Source: Rhodoferax sp. (GTDB taxonomy: Bacteria > Pseudomonadota > Gammaproteobacteria > Burkholderiales > Burkholderiaceae_C). From it: a stretch of DNA of 64,000 nucleotides. The stretch spans positions 46,334 through 110,333 of the forward strand of contig JBBAPX010000009.1 in the NCBI GenBank assembly GCA_040400575.1, given 5' to 3'. This document shows, in pieces, positions 59,038-64,000 of the stretch (position 1 is the first letter of the stretch; each line of letters opens with the position of its first letter). Position numbers and translations under genes: made by a program. Below the pieces are notes generated by a model that was given only the letters and a program-made list of their open reading frames with translations, was not told the DNA's origin and searched no databases.

Positions 59038-60236
59038 GCGAAACTTTGAGCAAGGACGAGGCGCCGCGTGGGCCGTTGACTGGTATCCGCGTGCTGGATC
59101 TTAGCGCCTACATAGCTGGCCCTTACGGTTGCACGCTACTTGCTGACATGGGTGCAGAAGTAATCAAGATTGAACCACCCAGCGGTGACAACCTTCGCCG
59201 ATATCCGTCGACCTTAGAAGCCGAAAGCCGGGCTTTTCTTGGAATTAACCGTAGCAAGCGCGGATTGGTTTTGGACCTGAAAAAAGAACAGGGTTTGCTG
59301 GTCCTCGATCGCATGCTCGGCTCGGCCGACGTACTGGTTCACAATTTCCGACCCTCTGTTGCGCCGCGCTTGGGTATCGCCTATGAGAGATTCCAGGCCA
59401 GTCATCCGCGGCTGATCTATTGCGTGGTCAATGGTTATGGCGAGTCAGGCCCTATGAAAGACTATGCTGGCTATGACCAGGTTTTGCAGGCAATGACCGG
59501 AATTTGCGCTATGCAGGGCAAGCACGGGCAACCACCAGAAATTGTGTACGGCTCTGTGGTGGATTACTACGCTGCAGCAATGGTCGCAAGCGGTGTCAGT
59601 GCCGCACTGTTTGAGCGCGAGCGAAACAATCGTGGCCAATATGTTGGCGTCTCCTTGCTAAGAAGTGCGTTGGCTATGCAATCGGCGCGGTTCATTTGGG
59701 CTGAAAGTGAAAGCCGTGATATCGGTCGCGACATGCGCTCTGGAGGGGTCACGGGTCTGCATCCGGCGCGAGAGGGCTTCATCTATCTATCCGCCAACAC
59801 GCCGCATTTTTGGCGCGCACTTTGTGAAAAAGTCGGACTCAGCTCTTTGGCCGACGATCCGCGGTATGACAGCGTGCGCAAGCGCGCCGATTGTGCCAAC
59901 GAAATCTTGCCTCAGCTGCACAATGCCTTGCTGTCCCATACCGCTCTCGAGTGGGAACAGATATTTGCGCAGGATGTACCCAGTGCGGCCGCACGTTCAA
60001 TTGCTGATATGTTCGACCACCCGCAAGTGCTTGCCGAGGAAATGGTGACTAATCTGGAGCATCCGTCGGTTGGGCGCTACAAGGGCCTTACCAAGGCAAT
60101 CAAATTTAGTAAAACGCCGGGCCCTTCCCCGTTCGCTGCACCCACCCTCGGTGAGCATTCAGACGATGTGTTAGCCGAGTGCGGGTATTCGCATAATGAA
60201 ATTGCGCAATTGCGCCAACAGGGCGTCATCAAGTGA
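59034..60236 (+). CDS. Class III (CaiB/BaiF) CoA-transferase
   Basis: VLDLSAYIAGP, GAEVIKIE, NRSKR, HNFRP, GYD, catalytic-Asp region VVDYYAA, APTLGEH; ATGA overlap. Confidence 0.93.
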   Translation: MSETLSKDEAPRGPLTGIRVLDLSAYIAGPYGCTLLADMGAEVIKIEPPSGDNLRRYPSTLEAESRAFLGINRSKRGLVLDLKKEQGLLVLDRMLGSADVLVHNFRPSVAPRLGIAYERFQASHPRLIYCVVNGYGESGPMKDYAGYDQVLQAMTGICAMQGKHGQPPEIVYGSVVDYYAAAMVASGVSAALFERERNNRGQYVGVSLLRSALAMQSARFIWAESESRDIGRDMRSGGVTGLHPAREGFIYLSANTPHFWRALCEKVGLSSLADDPRYDSVRKRADCANEILPQLHNALLSHTALEWEQIFAQDVPSAAARSIADMFDHPQVLAEEMVTNLEHPSVGRYKGLTKAIKFSKTPGPSPFAAPTLGEHSDDVLAECGYSHNEIAQLRQQGVIK

Positions 60237-62704
60237 TTCAACTAAGGCCGTGTCAATTTATGAAAGGTATTTTCTACCTCGCATTGTCTTTGCGCAGAAC
60301 TGCCGTGGCCCTATGGGTAGCTGGTGTTGGCATGGGTGTGTGCTTGCCTACATTGTCTGCCCATGCAGGCAATCTTGTGACCCTGAAGACGGGTACGCTG
60401 GGGCCTGCGCCTGGCAATGGGCTGGTACGCACTTTGGCTGCTTTGGATGGCCAGCTCCTCGTGCTGGGACAGGATGCAAGTTGGGAGTTCGATGAAGCTA
60501 GCCAGTCCTGGAAGAAGGTCGACTGGCACGCGCAACAACCGATACAAGCCTTAGCATTGGACAAACGGCAGGCTTATGTTTTTCTTGGCACTGAGCGCGA
60601 TGGAGTGGCGCAGCGGGTTCAAAAACTGACATTAGAGTTGGGCCGCTTAGGCTCACTACCTATGCCTTCCTTGCCCATGCACTTGCTTGATTTACAGGCG
60701 GCGATGATGGGCCCAGTCCTTTACGTTGTAGGCAACGATAAGGATGGAACTTTTACGCAGTTCGCATTGGACACGAGTGCAGCGCAACCCCATTGGACCG
60801 CTCATCGCGTAACGCAGCTCAAGGGAAAACCGACCTCGCTCGTCGGTCAGCGTTCCGCTTTGTATGCCACGGTGAGGCCGGCCGGTGGTGCTAGAGACCA
60901 CCTGTGGCAATGGACGCCATCGGGCGGATGGATCGAAAAAAATGCACTATCTGGCACTGTGGTTCAACATGCCGCGCGGCCAGCCGGTCAGGCGCACGTC
61001 ATCTATTTAGTCCAACCGTTAGCTGCGCTTTCTCCTGCTCCTGCAATGATGATGTATCACACCATTACGGGCTCGTGGGCGACATTGGATGATCCCAAGG
61101 CCCTAGGGGCTTTTGATGGCACAGCCTGGCGCAATGGCATCGCTTGGCAGCACCCTGCCAGCGCAGGCGGAGTTGAAATTGACTTCGCAGAAATCGAGTC
61201 TGGGAAACTACTGCTTACCTGGCTGGATTGGGTGGTCATTGTTTTCTACCTGACGGCTATGTTAGGTATGGGGCTGTATTTTTACCTGCGTGAAAAGCGT
61301 ACTTCAACCGCTGATTTTTTCGTCGGCGGACGTTCTATCCCCTACTGGGCGGCAGGCGTCAGCTTGTATGCAGCGAACACCAGCTCAATTAGTTACATTG
61401 CCATTCCAGCCAAGGCGTTTGAAACCAACTGGCAATACCTAACCAACAACCTAATCGCTGTACTTGGTTTGATGTTTGTTGCGATTTGGATAGTACCGGT
61501 CTTGCGGCGACTCGATTTGATGTCAAGCTTTCAATACCTTGAAACCCGCTTTCATCCCGTCATACGCACACTGGCAAGTGCTTTGTTTATGGCCGTACAA
61601 ATTGGTAGTCGGATGAGCATTATTCTTTTCTTGCCGTCTTTAGCAATCGCTACGATGACTGGTATTGACGTCATATGGAGCATACTGATCATGGGCGTGT
61701 TCACCATGATCTATACCGCTTTGGGCGGTATGAAAGCAGTCGTCTGGACCGATGTAGTCCAGCTGGTGGTCAAAATGGGAGGAATATTTTTTACTATCGG
61801 ATTTGTCATCTATATGCTCGATGGCGGCGCGGGTGAATTGATAAAAGTAGCCCAGGCCGAAGAGAAGACAAAGCTATTTGATTTCAGCTGGGACCTGACC
61901 AAGGCCACCGTTTGGGGCTTTTTGTTCCTCGTGCTATTTGACGTGGTTCTCACCTTTCCAAAGGACCAGGTGCTGATGCAGCGTGTGCTGTCCACGCGTT
62001 CGGACAAGGATGCAGAACGGTCTGTTTGGACATTTGCCGCCATCATGATTCCAGGGGGATTTTTATTCTATGGCGTTGGTACTGCCTTGTATGTCTACTA
62101 CAAGAATCACCCCGAGAGGATGAACCCCTTGCTCACCATCGATGCGACATTCCCACTATTCATCGCTGCGGAGTTACCTATGGGCGTGCGTGGTCTGATC
62201 GTAGCGGGAATTCTGGCTGCTGCGATGGCGACGCTGTCGAGCATCATGAACAGTGTCGCTACGCTTGCGTCGGTAGATTTTTATGAAAAATGGGCGAAAA
62301 ATCCAACACCAAAATCTAGCGTTCATTTTGCTGAGGTGATGACCGTGGTGGCAGGCATTCTTGGAATGGGTGTCGCACTGTTATTGACGCGCTACGACAT
62401 CCATTCCTTATTTGATGTATCGATTGAGTTAGCTGGTCTATTGGGTGGCGGATTCGCTGGCGCCTACACCTTGGGCATGTTTACAAGGCGTGCTAATTGG
62501 CAGGGCGTTGCAATCGGTGTCGGCGTCAGTATCACATTGACCACTGTAGCTTGGTTCATGAACCTGGTACACCCATATTTTTATCTCGCTATTTCAATCT
62601 TTGTTTGCATCGCAGTGGGCTATATCGCCAGCTGGATGTTCCCGGCGCCATCTCCAAAGTCTCTCGAAGGTCTGACCATTTATTCTAAAAATTCTTCGCT
62701 TTGA
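60233..62704 (+). CDS. Sodium:solute symporter (SiaT-like) with exported N-terminal Kelch-like beta-propeller (start 60233 or 60260)
   Basis: Signal peptide ending AHA, about 290 aa beta-rich domain, then LDWVVIVFY..FFVGGR..WAAGVS, YLETRF, GGMKAVVWTD, DQ..MQR, AAAMATLSS.MNS. Confidence 0.85.
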   Translation: MIQLRPCQFMKGIFYLALSLRRTAVALWVAGVGMGVCLPTLSAHAGNLVTLKTGTLGPAPGNGLVRTLAALDGQLLVLGQDASWEFDEASQSWKKVDWHAQQPIQALALDKRQAYVFLGTERDGVAQRVQKLTLELGRLGSLPMPSLPMHLLDLQAAMMGPVLYVVGNDKDGTFTQFALDTSAAQPHWTAHRVTQLKGKPTSLVGQRSALYATVRPAGGARDHLWQWTPSGGWIEKNALSGTVVQHAARPAGQAHVIYLVQPLAALSPAPAMMMYHTITGSWATLDDPKALGAFDGTAWRNGIAWQHPASAGGVEIDFAEIESGKLLLTWLDWVVIVFYLTAMLGMGLYFYLREKRTSTADFFVGGRSIPYWAAGVSLYAANTSSISYIAIPAKAFETNWQYLTNNLIAVLGLMFVAIWIVPVLRRLDLMSSFQYLETRFHPVIRTLASALFMAVQIGSRMSIILFLPSLAIATMTGIDVIWSILIMGVFTMIYTALGGMKAVVWTDVVQLVVKMGGIFFTIGFVIYMLDGGAGELIKVAQAEEKTKLFDFSWDLTKATVWGFLFLVLFDVVLTFPKDQVLMQRVLSTRSDKDAERSVWTFAAIMIPGGFLFYGVGTALYVYYKNHPERMNPLLTIDATFPLFIAAELPMGVRGLIVAGILAAAMATLSSIMNSVATLASVDFYEKWAKNPTPKSSVHFAEVMTVVAGILGMGVALLLTRYDIHSLFDVSIELAGLLGGGFAGAYTLGMFTRRANWQGVAIGVGVSITLTTVAWFMNLVHPYFYLAISIFVCIAVGYIASWMFPAPSPKSLEGLTIYSKNSSL

Positions 62705-62798
62705 AGAAAATCTTATAGATCTGGCATATGGTTTGAGTGCTTATTCGCCACTTGGTTTCCTAAATTACTTGCTACATTCTTGCTATCTTATTTTTTAC

Positions 62799-63461
62799 TT
62801 ATCGACTTGATGTCTGCCGCACCGGCGCCAGCAGCACCAGCACCGCGCCGGCGCCGCCTTTATGGGGCGGGGCTTGCACAAAGGCGATGACTTCGGCCTT
62901 TTGCACCAGCCAGCGCAGCACCTTGTCTTTGAGCACCGGTGCTTTGCCCGGCGAGCCCAGGCCTTTGCCGTGAATCACGCGGACGCAGCGCAGGCCTTGC
63001 TTATGCGCATCGCGGATGAACTGGCCCATGGCCTCGCGCGCCTCGTCGCTGCGCAGGCCGTGCAAGTCCACTTGGCGCTGAATACTCCATTGGCCCTTGC
63101 GCAGTTTTTGTACCACCTCCGCCCCTACCCCGGGGCGGCGAAAACTTAGGTCCTGGTCGGTATCGAGCAAGCTGCTGATGTCAAACTCGTCGCTCAGGGA
63201 TTCTTGCAGCGCCGCTTGCGCGTCTAGCTCGTGTTGCAGCACTGCGGCTGGCGGGGCCGGTATTTTCAGGTCGGCGCGCGCCACCGCGGTTATGCGCTGC
63301 ACTTGGCCCACAGCACTTTCAAACAAATTGCGTTCTTTCTCGGCCCGCTTGGCCGCCAGCGCGCGGGCCGCTCGCTCGGCCTTGTCCCTGGCCGCTTGCG
63401 CTTGCAGTTGGTCTTTGATTTGTTTCAGGTCTTGCAAGCCAGGCATGGGGGGATTGTCCAT
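62799..63461 (-). CDS. Smr/MutS-related domain protein
   Basis: VDLHGL, IHGKG.GS, GGAGAVLVLL. Confidence 0.92.
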   Translation of the reverse strand: MDNPPMPGLQDLKQIKDQLQAQAARDKAERAARALAAKRAEKERNLFESAVGQVQRITAVARADLKIPAPPAAVLQHELDAQAALQESLSDEFDISSLLDTDQDLSFRRPGVGAEVVQKLRKGQWSIQRQVDLHGLRSDEAREAMGQFIRDAHKQGLRCVRVIHGKGLGSPGKAPVLKDKVLRWLVQKAEVIAFVQAPPHKGGAGAVLVLLAPVRQTSSR

Positions 63462-63488
63462 GCAGACCGGTCGGGCCAGCTCGCTGCC

Positions 63489-64000
63489 TTACACCAAGCC
63501 TTGCTCGGCCATAGACAAAGACTGGCCTTGCGCCACGATGATGTGGTCCAAGACGCGCACATCAATCAGCGCCAGCGCTGATTTGAGGGTTTGCGTGAGC
63601 GCCTCGTCTGCGCGCGATGGCTGCACCGAGCCGCTGGGGTGGTTGTGCGCGAGCACCACGGCGCTGGCCTGATGGTGCAAAGCGCGTACGGCCACTTCGC
63701 GCGGATACACACTGGTTTGGCTGACCGTGCCCTTGAACATTTCCTCCATCGCCAGCATGCGGTGTTGCACATCCAGAAACATCACCGCAAACACTTCATG
63801 GGGCAGGGCAGACAAATGCAGTTGAAAAAACTGTCGAACCGCTTGCGGCGAGTCCAGTACCGCGCGCTCTTGCAGCCGCTGCGCCATAGCCCGGCGCGCC
63901 AGTTCCAGCACCGCCAATATTTCGGCGCGTTTGGCCGGGCCTAGGCCTTTAACCTGGGCCAGTGCTTTGGGGTCGGTGTGCAGCAAGCCGGCGATACCGC
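63489..64000 (-). CDS. radC: RadC (JAB/MPN domain), 5' end outside window
   Basis: GLGPAK HhH remnant, E.F....LD, YPREV, HNHPSG...PSRAD, DVRVLDH. Confidence 0.95.
   Translation of the reverse strand, partial: GIAGLLHTDPKALAQVKGLGPAKRAEILAVLELARRAMAQRLQERAVLDSPQAVRQFFQLHLSALPHEVFAVMFLDVQHRMLAMEEMFKGTVSQTSVYPREVAVRALHHQASAVVLAHNHPSGSVQPSRADEALTQTLKSALALIDVRVLDHIIVAQGQSLSMAEQGLV

Noticed and set aside
62710-62720. ATCTTATAGAT similar to the palindrome at 22946
   Set aside because: One base shorter, imperfect and located between convergent genes; likely chance in AT-rich DNA.
63489-64000. radC as a marker of a mobile element
   Set aside because: It carries the HhH region of full-length chromosomal RadC and has host-like GC.
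1-64000. CRISPR arrays, tRNA/rRNA genes, IS elements
   Set aside because: No regularly spaced repeats, T-loop/cloverleaf signatures or transposase ORFs recognised by eye; tRNAscan-SE, CRISPR finders and ISEScan would confirm.

Overview
GC-rich bacterial chromosomal segment whose gene content (two Bug/TctC proteins, rpiA, pyrD, radC, smr) suggests a Comamonadaceae-like betaproteobacterium; the taxonomy is an inference. Left to right: (1) the end of a polysaccharide-locus dehydratase gene, then a small accessory patch (AAA+/DUF4143 ATPase-nuclease and FitAB/VapBC toxin-antitoxin) with flanking direct repeats and operator-like repeats. (2) Catabolic genes: sulfatase, hydrolases, IorAB-type molybdoenzyme, and an atu-like acyl-CoA carboxylase operon containing a GST and a BKACE. 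(3) Glutathione-related genes, a DUF2844/DUF3443 pair, pyrD, rpiA, a PrpD-family cluster, and tungstate ABC genes with a ModE-like regulator. (4) A visibly lower-GC block of about 13 kb (49.6-62.7 kb). It encodes a TonB receptor, an exported serine hydrolase, a putative glycosidase fused to an FGE fold, a GH127, a LysR, a CitE-like lyase, a class III CoA-transferase and a Kelch-like/SiaT-type symporter fusion. This block is the best candidate for an undescribed uptake-and-catabolism system. No rRNA, tRNA, CRISPR array, integrase or transposase was recognised. All family calls come from motif recognition by eye; no database search was run.
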